64,000 nucleotides of DNA. It comes from a virus (lineage: Duplodnaviria > Caudoviricetes). Numbering within the stretch: position 1 is the first letter of the stretch; each line of letters begins with the position of its first letter. Position numbers and translations under genes: made by a program. This document shows positions 8,253 through 17,807 of the stretch, one piece after another. The notes under the pieces are model-generated. The model ran no database searches. It saw only the letters and a list, made by a program, of their open reading frames with translations, and was not told the origin of the DNA. The stretch lies in IMG/VR virus record IMGVR_UViG_3300032305_001907, positions 5,616 to 69,615 of that record; one strand, 5' to 3'.

Positions 8253-9394
8253 GGCATCTGTCTTGCGTAATGCTGCACCGGCAGGAAGGAAATGATCTTA
8301 CCATTCCACTCCCTGGCCAACGATTTCATGATATGCTCCTTGAAGTTATGAGCAAGGATGACGACGGTATCGTACTCCGGCAGCACGCTCCTATCCACCA
8401 CTTGAAAACCGGTGCCAGGAATGTAAAGACCTTGCTTCTCCGGCGTGTCGTCAATGACTACCATTTCACCAACAGTGTCAATATTGAGGCCAAGGGCATT
8501 AAGGAACACGCAGCCCTTTGCTGCTGCGCCAAAGAAGCAAACTTTCCCTAAATTGTCATGGGCCAAGTCATAAATGAATTGGTCACCAATGCTCACAATG
8601 GCCGCCTCAAAGAATGCTCCGTCCACTGCATCTTGCTCATACTTGGTGTAACGAGAAAGATCAATGGCAGGAGCGCTAGGTTCCTTATTTGTCATCCATA
8701 GTCGCATGGTCCCACCATGAATATCCTGCGGCAGTGCATGAATGATCTTCAGCCCATATTGCTTAAACAATTTTTCCAATGGGGAAAGTAGCCAGTAGTA
8801 ATAATGCTCGTGGTAAAATTGATCAAATTGACCAGTGCAAATGGTTTCCAGCGCATAGGGAAACTCAAGAATCCACACTCCGTCTAGATGCTTTTGAATG
8901 CCGCGAAGAAAGGCATGGATGTCTTTCGTATGCTGAAATACATTGGTGGAAGTGATGATGTCAGCCTTCGGCACGTCCACCTCATCGCTCCAATAAGCAT
9001 TGATGAATTCAATGCCAGCCTCTTCGTTTTCTTTCCTGATGCTTTCACTGGCGTCTACATTGACAAGGCGGAGCTTCTCGCCTGATTCCTTCTGGAAAGT
9101 TTTCAGGAGCGTACCATCATTTCCGCCGATGTCAATGATCGTATCGTGCTTGAGGTGTTGGAGGCTCTGGAAGAGGGCAGCACAATGATCAATATATGGC
9201 TGACTCGTGCCGCTACGGTAAAGGTAGTGTTGGTAGAGCTTGGCTGGTTCCACTGCGTAGTCCAAGTGGATGGTTAGGTCATCCTCGACGATTGCTCGCA
9301 GAGGGAAGCGCTCGGCTGCCATGGCCTCTTCCGCAGTGCGACAAAGATTGTTGACTAATGGCTGCGTGCCAAGGTCTAGAAGCGTTTTTGCCAT
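8249..9394 (-). CDS. NDP-sugar C-methyltransferase family protein
   Basis: LDLGTQPLVN, YLYRSGTS, IDIGGNDGTLL, FDQFYHEH, IHGGTMR, FGAAAKG, DDTPEKQG, LAHNF: full C-methyltransferase architecture. Confidence 0.85.
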   Translation of the reverse strand: MAKTLLDLGTQPLVNNLCRTAEEAMAAERFPLRAIVEDDLTIHLDYAVEPAKLYQHYLYRSGTSQPYIDHCAALFQSLQHLKHDTIIDIGGNDGTLLKTFQKESGEKLRLVNVDASESIRKENEEAGIEFINAYWSDEVDVPKADIITSTNVFQHTKDIHAFLRGIQKHLDGVWILEFPYALETICTGQFDQFYHEHYYYWLLSPLEKLFKQYGLKIIHALPQDIHGGTMRLWMTNKEPSAPAIDLSRYTKYEQDAVDGAFFEAAIVSIGDQFIYDLAHDNLGKVCFFGAAAKGCVFLNALGLNIDTVGEMVVIDDTPEKQGLYIPGTGFQVVDRSVLPEYDTVVILAHNFKEHIMKSLAREWNGKIISFLPVQHYARQMP

Positions 9395-10107
9395 TAGCCA
9401 ATAAAGCCCATCGGGGCACGACTCATGGGCATACTACCAAAGAATTTCTCCTTGTACAGCATTAGCCCAGACAGCAAGCGCTCACTGAGAAAAGCCATGG
9501 CTCGTTGGTCATAGCCTTGTAGTGTCATGATGGGCTCCTTGAACTCCTCCCAAATGGGCCACAAGCAGTCGAAGAGCCGGTTCATTACGCGCTCGTAAGA
9601 CTGCCTAGGACCAAACAGCATCGGCCCACCTTGAAACACGTTTTGATTCCACACGGCAGCCATTTCTTCCGCAGAGAAAGGAAGCCTGCCAGCTTCTGCT
9701 AGTGCCATCGTCATTTCAATGCCAGGAAAGGAATGACCTCCCCTGAATTGAGTGGCAAGAGAGCAATTAAAAGCGCAGGGCTCGGAAGTGTAAAGCACTC
9801 GCTCGTCAGCATTGGCAATCGCTTCTTCGTTCCAAAACCTTCGATACTGACAGTTGCCAATCAACTTGGCATTGCTATGGATCATCAGCCAATACACTGC
9901 CGTGAGTTCCCCCCACCATGGATTAAGCATTGAAATGCTATGGCCTTCGTCATCAAGAAGATGACCTTGAACTTCATGGAAGGTGCGCTGCTCTAACGTA
10001 AGCTTGCAAGCATTGGCAATGACCACTTGCATGTTGGTCTGTGAAGCGAATTTCAGCGGCATGTCGTGCATGCACACTGCATACATTTGCAGGTCAGAGG
10101 GTTTCAT
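9394..10107 (-). CDS. DUF4422-like glycosyltransferase-related protein
   Basis: NPWWGELTAVYW, IGNCQYRRF, RAMAFLSERL motifs. Confidence 0.7.
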   Translation of the reverse strand: MKPSDLQMYAVCMHDMPLKFASQTNMQVVIANACKLTLEQRTFHEVQGHLLDDEGHSISMLNPWWGELTAVYWLMIHSNAKLIGNCQYRRFWNEEAIANADERVLYTSEPCAFNCSLATQFRGGHSFPGIEMTMALAEAGRLPFSAEEMAAVWNQNVFQGGPMLFGPRQSYERVMNRLFDCLWPIWEEFKEPIMTLQGYDQRAMAFLSERLLSGLMLYKEKFFGSMPMSRAPMGFIG

Positions 10108-10810
10108 ACACCTTCCGTGCATGCCATAGTTCGTTGTAATTGTTCACGCCTTTGGCTCCCACTCCAGTGAGGTCACCACCGCCGGATGGTTTGCTCCATG
10201 CCATGATCGTGCCATCAGGAAGAATAAAGGCTCGGTTCTTCTGCTCATGCGTGGGAGTGAGTTCCAAATAGTCACCGAAAACGTGGTTAGCATTGCCGCC
10301 ATTTGCTGCTAGTGCTGCACCAAGAAGTGTAGGGCCAGTGGGACACAATGGGGTGATGCCGTAATATTGTTCGTCACAATTGTTCACGATCATTTGAATG
10401 GCAGTAACCAGCGCAGGGTTGTTTGGCTTGGAATAGAGGACAGTGGTGGCGCATGCCCAGGAAGTGTAGCTGAAGCGTTGAATGTCCCGGAAGGCCAAGA
10501 ATTCAATGCGGTCGCTCAACGCCACTGGATTGACAGCCCTGATGGCAATGTCGAAATACCAGCCACCAAGCTTGTTTAGCAGGCAGAACCGTCCAAGGTC
10601 AGCCTTATAGGAATAGGGGCGCAAAGAATCATAAGCCCACAGCACATCGAGATCATAGTTATCAGCTATGAACTGCCGCAGTGTTTCCTTGTTGTAGATG
10701 GTGTGTTCTTCATTGGGAAAAGCTGCTTGTACTGTGCCAGTAGCATGCCGCAAGAAAGGAGAAAGCGTTTGATCTTCAGCATCAGAAAGAAAGATTTGCG
10801 AAATTGGCAT
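10094..10810 (-). CDS. Glycosyltransferase, GT32/Gly_transf_sug-like
   Basis: YKADLGRFCLL..LGGWYFD, PTGPTLL motifs. Confidence 0.75.
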   Translation of the reverse strand: MPISQIFLSDAEDQTLSPFLRHATGTVQAAFPNEEHTIYNKETLRQFIADNYDLDVLWAYDSLRPYSYKADLGRFCLLNKLGGWYFDIAIRAVNPVALSDRIEFLAFRDIQRFSYTSWACATTVLYSKPNNPALVTAIQMIVNNCDEQYYGITPLCPTGPTLLGAALAANGGNANHVFGDYLELTPTHEQKNRAFILPDGTIMAWSKPSGGGDLTGVGAKGVNNYNELWHARKVYETL

Positions 10811-12030
10811 CAGTCAATCCTCACGGTAGGAAGAATGTCCTCGGCTTCGTCATCTTTCTTGATTGCAAGGGTGCGCTCAACAATGTCAAGCATTTGTTTG
10901 CCAATGTAAGGCCAAGTCATGTGTTCCTCATGCACTCGTTCCCAGCATCGCGCTCCCATGTCAGCAAGTAATTCTCGGTGGCAATAGTAACCATCAAGAA
11001 TATTTGCCAAGTCCAATGGGGATGGCTGCCCTCGATCCAAACCATAATTGCAATCCACTTCCCAGCTTTCAATTTCTATACGAGGCACGTCACGGAAGAT
11101 TTCTTTCAAACTTGTATGGTCAGGCACCACTTGCGCCACGCCAGTTGCAGCATGTTCAGTATTAACCAGGCCCCATCCTTCGCCAATGCAAGTGTTCACG
11201 CCAACATCCACTGCGTTGTACACTTTGTTCAACTGCTCAACGGGAAGGCAATTTTCAATGGAGAAAGATGGACTGGTGAGAATGAGCTTGCCAGTGGCAT
11301 CATATCCAGCATCACGCGCCACTCGCTTAAACAGCGGCACCAAGTCCCATCCCATGTCTTTCTTGCCCATGTGAAGCCATAGACGAGCATCAGGCTTATC
11401 TTTGGCAAATTCAATGAAGCCCTTAATGGTTAAGTCAATACGTTTGCGCGGTTGATTGCGATTGCCATTGAACACTACAAACGCATCTTCTGGCACTCCT
11501 AATTCCTTCCGGCATTCCTGCTTATCCATGGGGAAGAACTTTGTAAAGTCTGTGCCATGTCCAATCACGTCAATGTGATTGGTGTAGCCAGCAATCTTTA
11601 GCTCTTTGGCCCCAAACTCTGTATAAGTGGCAAGACCATCCCACTCCATTGCTGCAGGAATGATTTGTGGGTAGATGCCGTAGGAGTCAATTGGTGTGTA
11701 GCAGAAAAACTTGAAGCCAATATTTTCCTTGAATGGCTTGATTTGCTCCCAGAGATTGATGGCAATCCAGAAGTCATTTGTCACCCACACCAAATCTGGC
11801 TTGATCACTTGGACCAATTCTGCAATGCGGTGAGAGCCAAACGGATCCGAGCCATGGGCCATGGCGGGATACATGCGGCATTGCTGCTGCATGGGACTAG
11901 GGTCGCCGTGCCAGTTCACGGCAAGTGCATGCACTTCATGCTGTTCAGCCAAGGCTGGAATGAGGTATTCAGCCACTCGGCCAAAGCCGGTTTGACAGCC
12001 CACGTCGCCGCAGTAAAGAATTTTTGCCAC
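10810..12030 (-). CDS. GT4 (GT-B) glycosyltransferase
   Basis: TGFGRVA, NRNQPRKRID, NAVDVGVNTCIGEGWGLVNTEHAATG motifs. Confidence 0.9.
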   Translation of the reverse strand: MAKILYCGDVGCQTGFGRVAEYLIPALAEQHEVHALAVNWHGDPSPMQQQCRMYPAMAHGSDPFGSHRIAELVQVIKPDLVWVTNDFWIAINLWEQIKPFKENIGFKFFCYTPIDSYGIYPQIIPAAMEWDGLATYTEFGAKELKIAGYTNHIDVIGHGTDFTKFFPMDKQECRKELGVPEDAFVVFNGNRNQPRKRIDLTIKGFIEFAKDKPDARLWLHMGKKDMGWDLVPLFKRVARDAGYDATGKLILTSPSFSIENCLPVEQLNKVYNAVDVGVNTCIGEGWGLVNTEHAATGVAQVVPDHTSLKEIFRDVPRIEIESWEVDCNYGLDRGQPSPLDLANILDGYYCHRELLADMGARCWERVHEEHMTWPYIGKQMLDIVERTLAIKKDDEAEDILPTVRID

Positions 12031-12066
12031 AAGAAGTTCGGAATCTTTCCGATGATAGTGGCAAAA

Positions 12067-12756
12067 TCAAACTGGAACCACGGGAGCCTGCTGCCTGAGG
12101 TAGCGCACGGAACAACGACACCTTGCGCGACAGGCACAACGCTGGCCTGGCAGGGGAAGGCTGCCAATGGGGACGATGCCACGAGCCGAGTAGCCCAAGC
12201 AATCTTGGCAGTGCGCTGCTTGGCTGTCCAGGATGCGTTGCATCAAAGAGTAGCCTTGTCGTCCTTGCCTAATGGCAGTGCCCTCCCAAAAGGAATTTCT
12301 TACGCTCTCCGCATAAAGTCCAATACGAGCGAGGGCCATGGGAGCAGAAATACTATTAGCCAGCAAGCCAGCAGCAAACTTTTGTAAATAGGCATATTCA
12401 CCCCGCAGTTTCTGTCCAATGCGGCCATATTCTGCCTGAGAAATGGCACCCTTACCGCCAGCCCCCACCATTGCCGCTTGAATGTGCGCAGGCTTGAGGG
12501 CTTCACGAACACTACCTTGCCATTGATCTATGGTGATGGAACCATCAATGAGACGCTTGGTAAAGTCCTTGAGCTGTGCGCTCAGTTTGTTTATCCTTCC
12601 GTCTATCAATGCTTCAATGGCTTTTTGGCTCAGGAAGCGACCATTCTCCCCGCGATAACGTCCACTGATTGGATCGTAGGACCACTCGGCATCAAAGCGC
12701 GTTTCACTGGCAAGGATGGTTTCAGCAAATGATGAAACATCAAGAAGGCTGGACAT
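12067..12756 (-). CDS. Minor head (Mu gpF-like) morphogenesis protein
   Basis: Follows portal; C-terminal HCQDC...CACRARCRC resembles gpF HPNCRC-type end. Confidence 0.6.
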   Translation of the reverse strand: MSSLLDVSSFAETILASETRFDAEWSYDPISGRYRGENGRFLSQKAIEALIDGRINKLSAQLKDFTKRLIDGSITIDQWQGSVREALKPAHIQAAMVGAGGKGAISQAEYGRIGQKLRGEYAYLQKFAAGLLANSISAPMALARIGLYAESVRNSFWEGTAIRQGRQGYSLMQRILDSQAAHCQDCLGYSARGIVPIGSLPLPGQRCACRARCRCSVRYLRQQAPVVPV

Positions 12757-14824
12757 CTTCGGCCTCCAGCAAATCCTTGAACCTTTCTGGAGCCAGCTCT
12801 TTCCATTGATTCAATGCAGCATCAATATCTTCGGGCGAAACAAAGGCAGCCTCCTCATCATCGCTCAATAGAAAGCCGGAAGTTTTCAATGGGTCAATGG
12901 CATCCACTTTGCTGCTAACCATTTTCGCTGGTCCCTTGCGCTCAGGATTGGGATCTGACTTGCGCTTGCGGGCAACAATTGTTTGACGCTCTTCCTTGCT
13001 CATTGCTTCTGCTTTTGCCTTTGGCAGACATTTGGGCTTGCCTTCTTTTTCTTCACGCCCTCCGCATTCACCAAGGATTTCTCCATTGGCGCCAATCCTC
13101 ACCCATTCTTCCTTGAACCATTGCTCAAGATCATCAGCGTGAATCTCCTCACCGTCTTTATTGCTAAATGCTCCACCAGAAGAACCATGCTTACGCTTGT
13201 ACAGTTCTTTGTATAGCTTGACCATATAGGCACTGGCATAGGCGCTAGGCCACACCTTGAACTTGCTTTTTGCTGACGCAATAGCCTGCTGATGTAAGTC
13301 CTTGTCTTTGAATGCAATGTCGCCACGCACTTCTTCTAGATCACGAGGCATGAATAGCCCAGCACTATCTTGCACTTCCCTGCTTCCATCCATTGGAAGA
13401 GTGCCATTCTCTTCATTCAAGGGATCACGACCACCGGGAGGCACGGCCATTTCATTCTGCTTTTTGCTCTGCCCTCCACTCTGCCCCTGCATGGGAAGCT
13501 CACGAGGAAGCGATGGGTCGAGAGTGAGTTCCATTGACCACTCAGAGCCTCCGTAACGGGCATCTGCCACCTCTTGTGGGTGTAGAACGCCGAGTTGGAT
13601 GTAGCGGCCATCCACGGCAGCCACACGCGCTCTCACGTCGGCCTTCTCGCGTTCGTTCAGTTCGTACAAGTCGTTGAAATGAACGCGCCATGATTCTGGA
13701 AGCTTGCCACTTGTCGGGCCAGTTTTGCTAAGCAGGATGTATTCAATGAGCTGTTTTAGTGGGCGTTTGAAAGTGGCAGTTTGGTAGTCTGCAAGGGTTT
13801 TAGCAAAGTCACGCTCTTCACTGCGACCAGTGGAGCCAAGCCCGCCAGGGCTTTCACCAAATAGTAACGTATGAGGGATTTTGGAGGCACCAATAATATC
13901 CACGCGAAGCTTCTCTAGGATTTCCCCAATGCCATTAAAGTTACGACTAATGAATTCAAGCTCTTCTTTCTCTGCGTCAATTGCATAGCCACGATAAATG
14001 CTCTTGCTCATATCATTAACGACAAGCCTATCCTTCACTTGACCTTCCTTGCCTGCGCCAAGCATTGCAGCAAGCCCGCGAATCTTATGCACAAAGATGT
14101 CAAATTCCGTGAGTAACGTGGCGGCAGAATTCAAGCCGGTCCAATAATGACGGAAGCTATCATAAATCACTTGCAAATTGCTCATTCCCCATCCATAGTT
14201 ACGCTGTCTAATGCGATAGGGCAGCCAGTCGCCGTCGAAGCGCAATATTCTATCTTTGTGGATGTAGGTGAGGTTGGGCTGGGCAATCAAATCGCCAGCA
14301 ATGATTTGGTAGTGAGTGGCCTTGGAGTAGTCGTAGATGTTTTCCTCAGTGATGACTGGTGCAATTTGATACCTGTCTAATACTTCCAAGCCTTCAACTT
14401 TGTAGATGTTCCTCTTGTCCACTGGCTGATCTGCTTTCCGTCCATCGTCGATGTACATCAAAATGACAGCGCCACCATACAGCCTGGAATTCTTGGAGGC
14501 CAGCATCAGGCTTTCAAGGATGTACAAATCTTCAATGACTTGCTCAACGCCCACCACTTCCTCAGCCTTTGGCCCTTCTCCGCCAAACAACACCTTGAAG
14601 CCCTTGCGAGTGGACTGCTCGGCATAGATGTCGATGATGCGACGAGGCAGCCATTCCCCATAGAGCGATTCCAACTCCTCCTGCGCCAGGAAAGTGATGG
14701 CCTTGGTATAGGTGTACTGGCTTTTGTCCCGACCGCTGCCCATGCCAGTCAAGACGTTCATTAGTCCGTCTGAGCGCAGGCCGCCTTCGTCTGCATGGCC
14801 TAAATCCAAGATTTCTTCTGACAT
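12740..14824 (-). CDS. Portal protein (DUF1073/Anti-CBASS-Acb1-like-annotated portal family) with C-terminal extension
   Basis: GWGMSNLQ, GASKIPHTLLFGESPGGL, F.DLYELNEREKA motifs; extra ~200 aa C-terminal region. Confidence 0.85.
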   Translation of the reverse strand: MSEEILDLGHADEGGLRSDGLMNVLTGMGSGRDKSQYTYTKAITFLAQEELESLYGEWLPRRIIDIYAEQSTRKGFKVLFGGEGPKAEEVVGVEQVIEDLYILESLMLASKNSRLYGGAVILMYIDDGRKADQPVDKRNIYKVEGLEVLDRYQIAPVITEENIYDYSKATHYQIIAGDLIAQPNLTYIHKDRILRFDGDWLPYRIRQRNYGWGMSNLQVIYDSFRHYWTGLNSAATLLTEFDIFVHKIRGLAAMLGAGKEGQVKDRLVVNDMSKSIYRGYAIDAEKEELEFISRNFNGIGEILEKLRVDIIGASKIPHTLLFGESPGGLGSTGRSEERDFAKTLADYQTATFKRPLKQLIEYILLSKTGPTSGKLPESWRVHFNDLYELNEREKADVRARVAAVDGRYIQLGVLHPQEVADARYGGSEWSMELTLDPSLPRELPMQGQSGGQSKKQNEMAVPPGGRDPLNEENGTLPMDGSREVQDSAGLFMPRDLEEVRGDIAFKDKDLHQQAIASAKSKFKVWPSAYASAYMVKLYKELYKRKHGSSGGAFSNKDGEEIHADDLEQWFKEEWVRIGANGEILGECGGREEKEGKPKCLPKAKAEAMSKEERQTIVARKRKSDPNPERKGPAKMVSSKVDAIDPLKTSGFLLSDDEEAAFVSPEDIDAALNQWKELAPERFKDLLEAEDVQPS

Positions 14825-14888
14825 TGCTCTTTTGTGTGGCTACTGATATGCTAACAGTGGCTATAGTGGCCCTGACACTACTTTCCCC

Positions 14889-15377
14889 ATGCCATCTCCC
14901 ATTTCCTTTGTTTTTACTGCAGAAGAAAGGCAAGCAGCAATGGAAGAAGGCATGCGTCGGCAATCCGTGAACGAGGCAAGGGGCCTTCGTGGACGGAATG
15001 GTGGCGCCTCCTTTGGCAGCAAGGCCCTGGAAATCCATCTCTTAGGCGCAGCAGGGGAGATGGCTGTGGCTTCCCACTTGGGAATGAAAAGCTTTTTGTA
15101 TCAAGCCACTGAAGCCGAGCGCGGATCATGCGACTTGCCAGGCATTGATGTGAAAACACGCAGCAAACATCAATACGATTTGATTGTGCAAAAAAATGAA
15201 CCAGCGGAAAAGAAGTATGTTTTGGTTACAATACAAAATAAGACCACTCTGGTCCATGGCTGGATCCACGGCGGAGAGGCCATGCAAGAAAAGTTCTGGG
15301 CTGATCCAGCAAAAGGTCGTCCTGCATATTTCGTGCCCAAGGAATATCTCCACCCCATTGATACATTAGTCGTATGA
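14889..15377 (+). CDS. Putative PD-(D/E)XK nuclease-like protein
   Basis: GAAGEMAVA...DLPGIDVKT pattern; translationally coupled to terL. Confidence 0.45.
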   Translation: MPSPISFVFTAEERQAAMEEGMRRQSVNEARGLRGRNGGASFGSKALEIHLLGAAGEMAVASHLGMKSFLYQATEAERGSCDLPGIDVKTRSKHQYDLIVQKNEPAEKKYVLVTIQNKTTLVHGWIHGGEAMQEKFWADPAKGRPAYFVPKEYLHPIDTLVV

Positions 15378-16750
15378 AGCTTTCTTGCTCAGACTTTGCA
15401 CAGCACGCCCTCAGTATTAATTTGTGGCCTAAGCAACGAGAAATCTTAGACGACCTTTTTGAAAACAACATCAGCCATTCCATCTGGGCAATGGGAAGGC
15501 GAAGTTCCAAGACGTTTATGGCTGCGCTTTGTGCTGTCTATATGTGTTTTGTTAAGGAGCCGGTGTACAGAAGGAGAGTGCGAAAAGGAGAAAAGTGGTA
15601 CATCGTCACTGTTGCGAACGATTTGCAACAAGCAAAAATTGCACTGAACAACATCCGGCAATTAATCACTGCCAGCCCTCTCGCCAAGGAGATCGTGCGA
15701 GAAACTGCAATGGAAATCGAGATGAGTAATAATTGCATATTTCAAGCTATTCCGGCATCAGCCCGTGCATCACGAGGCAAAGCAGTTGCAGGTATCATCC
15801 TTGACGAGCTTGCCTTCAGTCTTGAGGGCGATGCAAACCGTGGCGCCAAAGCAATCTTTGATGCTCTCTCTCCATCCATTGCTCAGTTTGGTCGTGATGG
15901 CAAAATTATTGAACTGTCCTCCCCTTGGCTCACGGATGGTCTTTTTTACGACCACTTCATTCAAGCCAAAGAAGGTGACATGCAAGGCATGCAAGCTTTG
16001 CAAGTGCCAACATGGGAGATCAATCCTAATTTGCCATGGGGATGTGACTTCCTAGAGAATGCTCGCAAGAAAGATGAAGAAGCATTCTGGGTGGAATTTG
16101 GTGCTCAATTCAGGGGCAATCAATCTTGCCTGCTTGCCAGTGAAGTGGTGGAAGCTGCAATCAATAAAGAAAGAACCGTGCTCCTCCCCAAGCGTGAACT
16201 AATCGGCACTTATGTATTGTCTCTTGACCCTGCTCGTGGTGGTGTGGGTCGAGATGATTACACTGCTTGCATTGTGCATTACGAAGGAGAAGTATTGGTG
16301 GTAGATAAGTTCCATACGTTTCCCGTGGACTTTGAGATCAATGGGAAAAAGGAAGTAAGCATCAGGGCAGTAGAAGAATGGATACGAGAGCATCACAAGA
16401 TATACACCTTTGAGAGTATTGTTCTTGACCAGTACAATAGTTCTGCCACCATTCAATCCCTATCTGCCGACTACCCCATTGAAGAGCTAACGTGGTCCGT
16501 TAGTACCAAGATGAAGGCGTTCAGCAAGATGAAGGAGCTTTTCAACTCTGGCCTCATTGAACTGTATCGCCATGAAAAAGCAGTGAAGCAACTGAAGAAC
16601 TTGGGCGTGGTGTATAAAGCATCAGGCCAATGGTCAATTACTGGCGGTAAGGAAAGCGGCGTAGATGACCATGCCTTTGCTCTTGCCGCTGCAATATTGC
16701 AAGCATCAAAAGAAGATGACATCAATTGGATCGCAAGCCTGGTTCGTTAA
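15374..16750 (+). CDS. terL: Terminase large subunit
   Basis: Walker A-like GRRSSKT, Walker B ILDELAF, LSSP coupling motif, nuclease SLDPA, DQYN, DDHAFALA. Confidence 0.9.
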   Translation: MKLSCSDFAQHALSINLWPKQREILDDLFENNISHSIWAMGRRSSKTFMAALCAVYMCFVKEPVYRRRVRKGEKWYIVTVANDLQQAKIALNNIRQLITASPLAKEIVRETAMEIEMSNNCIFQAIPASARASRGKAVAGIILDELAFSLEGDANRGAKAIFDALSPSIAQFGRDGKIIELSSPWLTDGLFYDHFIQAKEGDMQGMQALQVPTWEINPNLPWGCDFLENARKKDEEAFWVEFGAQFRGNQSCLLASEVVEAAINKERTVLLPKRELIGTYVLSLDPARGGVGRDDYTACIVHYEGEVLVVDKFHTFPVDFEINGKKEVSIRAVEEWIREHHKIYTFESIVLDQYNSSATIQSLSADYPIEELTWSVSTKMKAFSKMKELFNSGLIELYRHEKAVKQLKNLGVVYKASGQWSITGGKESGVDDHAFALAAAILQASKEDDINWIASLVR

Positions 16751-16803
16751 TCGCGCTACAATTTTCAGGAATTCAAGATTTCAATGGATCGTGAAAAATG
16801 ACC

Positions 16804-16977
16804 ATGCCGTTTGACTTGTCCGATAAAGAAGCAGCATTTCTCTTAGCCCTCCTTGAAAGCAATAAGCAAACCGCCTTGCAATTATTGGCTGCAGAGCATT
16901 TCTACCAACCATCGCTGCTGCCTCGTTTGCGGAAATTCACACAAGAGCAAAGGCGCCAATCGGCCAATCAAGACTAG
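16804..16977 (+). CDS. Small hypothetical protein (57 aa)
   Basis: MPFDLSDKEAAFLLALLE...; read directly, below ORF-track cut-off. Confidence 0.5.
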   Translation: MPFDLSDKEAAFLLALLESNKQTALQLLAAEHFYQPSLLPRLRKFTQEQRRQSANQD

Positions 16978-17002
16978 ACTATCCCAAGTGTTTTCGGCAA
17001 CC

Positions 17003-17242
17003 ATGATCGTCTCTGAAAAAGCTGGCGTGGCTTTTCTTGATGCCATTGATACTGCCTATGCCATCACTTCAATGATGGCTCTTGGTAGTAATGAGGAGGA
17101 GCTTGCAGTGCTTCAAGAGAAGTATGAGCTTGAAGAAAGGCAGTATGCCGCAATCATGAACGAAGGCGCTAGGGCTGACTGGTGGGAGAAGCGCTGTGAG
17201 AAAGAGCCTGGCTGCGCCGAATGCAAGTGTTTTGATCTTTAG
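17003..17242 (+). CDS. Hypothetical protein, C-terminal Cys cluster
   Basis: 79 aa from MIVSEK ending RCEKEPGCAECKCFDL. Confidence 0.55.
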   Translation: MIVSEKAGVAFLDAIDTAYAITSMMALGSNEEELAVLQEKYELEERQYAAIMNEGARADWWEKRCEKEPGCAECKCFDL

Positions 17243-17399
17243 GGGCATCGTCCCAGTGGCGCACTACGCCAGCAACGATGAAAAGGTTGGTGGCCAAGTA
17301 TGAAAAAAGAATGACAGTTCGCACAAGAGCGACAATGTCTGCTTCTTTTTCATGCTTGCCCTCCTTACTCCCCAATGCTTTCGCCCATAGCCTCCACAT
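17169..17399 (-). CDS. Small membrane protein of a type recalled from cyanophages
   Basis: MWRLWAKALG...EADIVALVRTVILFSYLATNLFIVAGVVRHW; one TM helix. Confidence 0.55.
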   Translation of the reverse strand: MWRLWAKALGSKEGKHEKEADIVALVRTVILFSYLATNLFIVAGVVRHWDDAPKDQNTCIRRSQALSHSASPTSQP

Positions 17400-17601
17400 T
17401 AGCTTCTTCCTTGTGTATCCAAGACTTTAGCTCATCCACATAGCATCGAAGCATGGCTGCCTTCTCTAGGTGCCATTCATTCGCTGTTTGGAAATAAAGA
17501 ACGTTGTGGTGATCAATGGCCTTTAACAGATTGTGAATGGGGGCATTCCATGGCGTGCGTATGGAAGTGGTCCAAGTGCGGCGCTCATCATTCGTTATCA
17601 T
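17365..17601 (-). CDS. Hypothetical protein
   Basis: 78 aa from MITNDE, chained with neighbours. Confidence 0.5.
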   Translation of the reverse strand: MITNDERRTWTTSIRTPWNAPIHNLLKAIDHHNVLYFQTANEWHLEKAAMLRCYVDELKSWIHKEEANVEAMGESIGE

Positions 17602-17764
17602 TATCCTGCTCGCGCTGAAGAGAAAGCTTGGCCTCCCTGCGTGATGCCTTGTGATACTGCCTGCGCTCCCATCGCTTGGTTTCAGCATCAATGCTTACAT
17701 AGTCAGTGCCGTCACTTGGCATGGACCATGGATCAAGACCACCAATAGTTTTTGTGAAGGTCAT
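17588..17764 (-). CDS. Hypothetical protein
   Basis: 58 aa from MTFTKT. Confidence 0.45.
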   Translation of the reverse strand: MTFTKTIGGLDPWSMPSDGTDYVSIDAETKRWERRQYHKASRREAKLSLQREQDNDNE

Positions 17765-17807
17765 TGCAGGAAAGAAGCTTTCACTTCCTCCCATGGTACT
17801 GGAAAAA

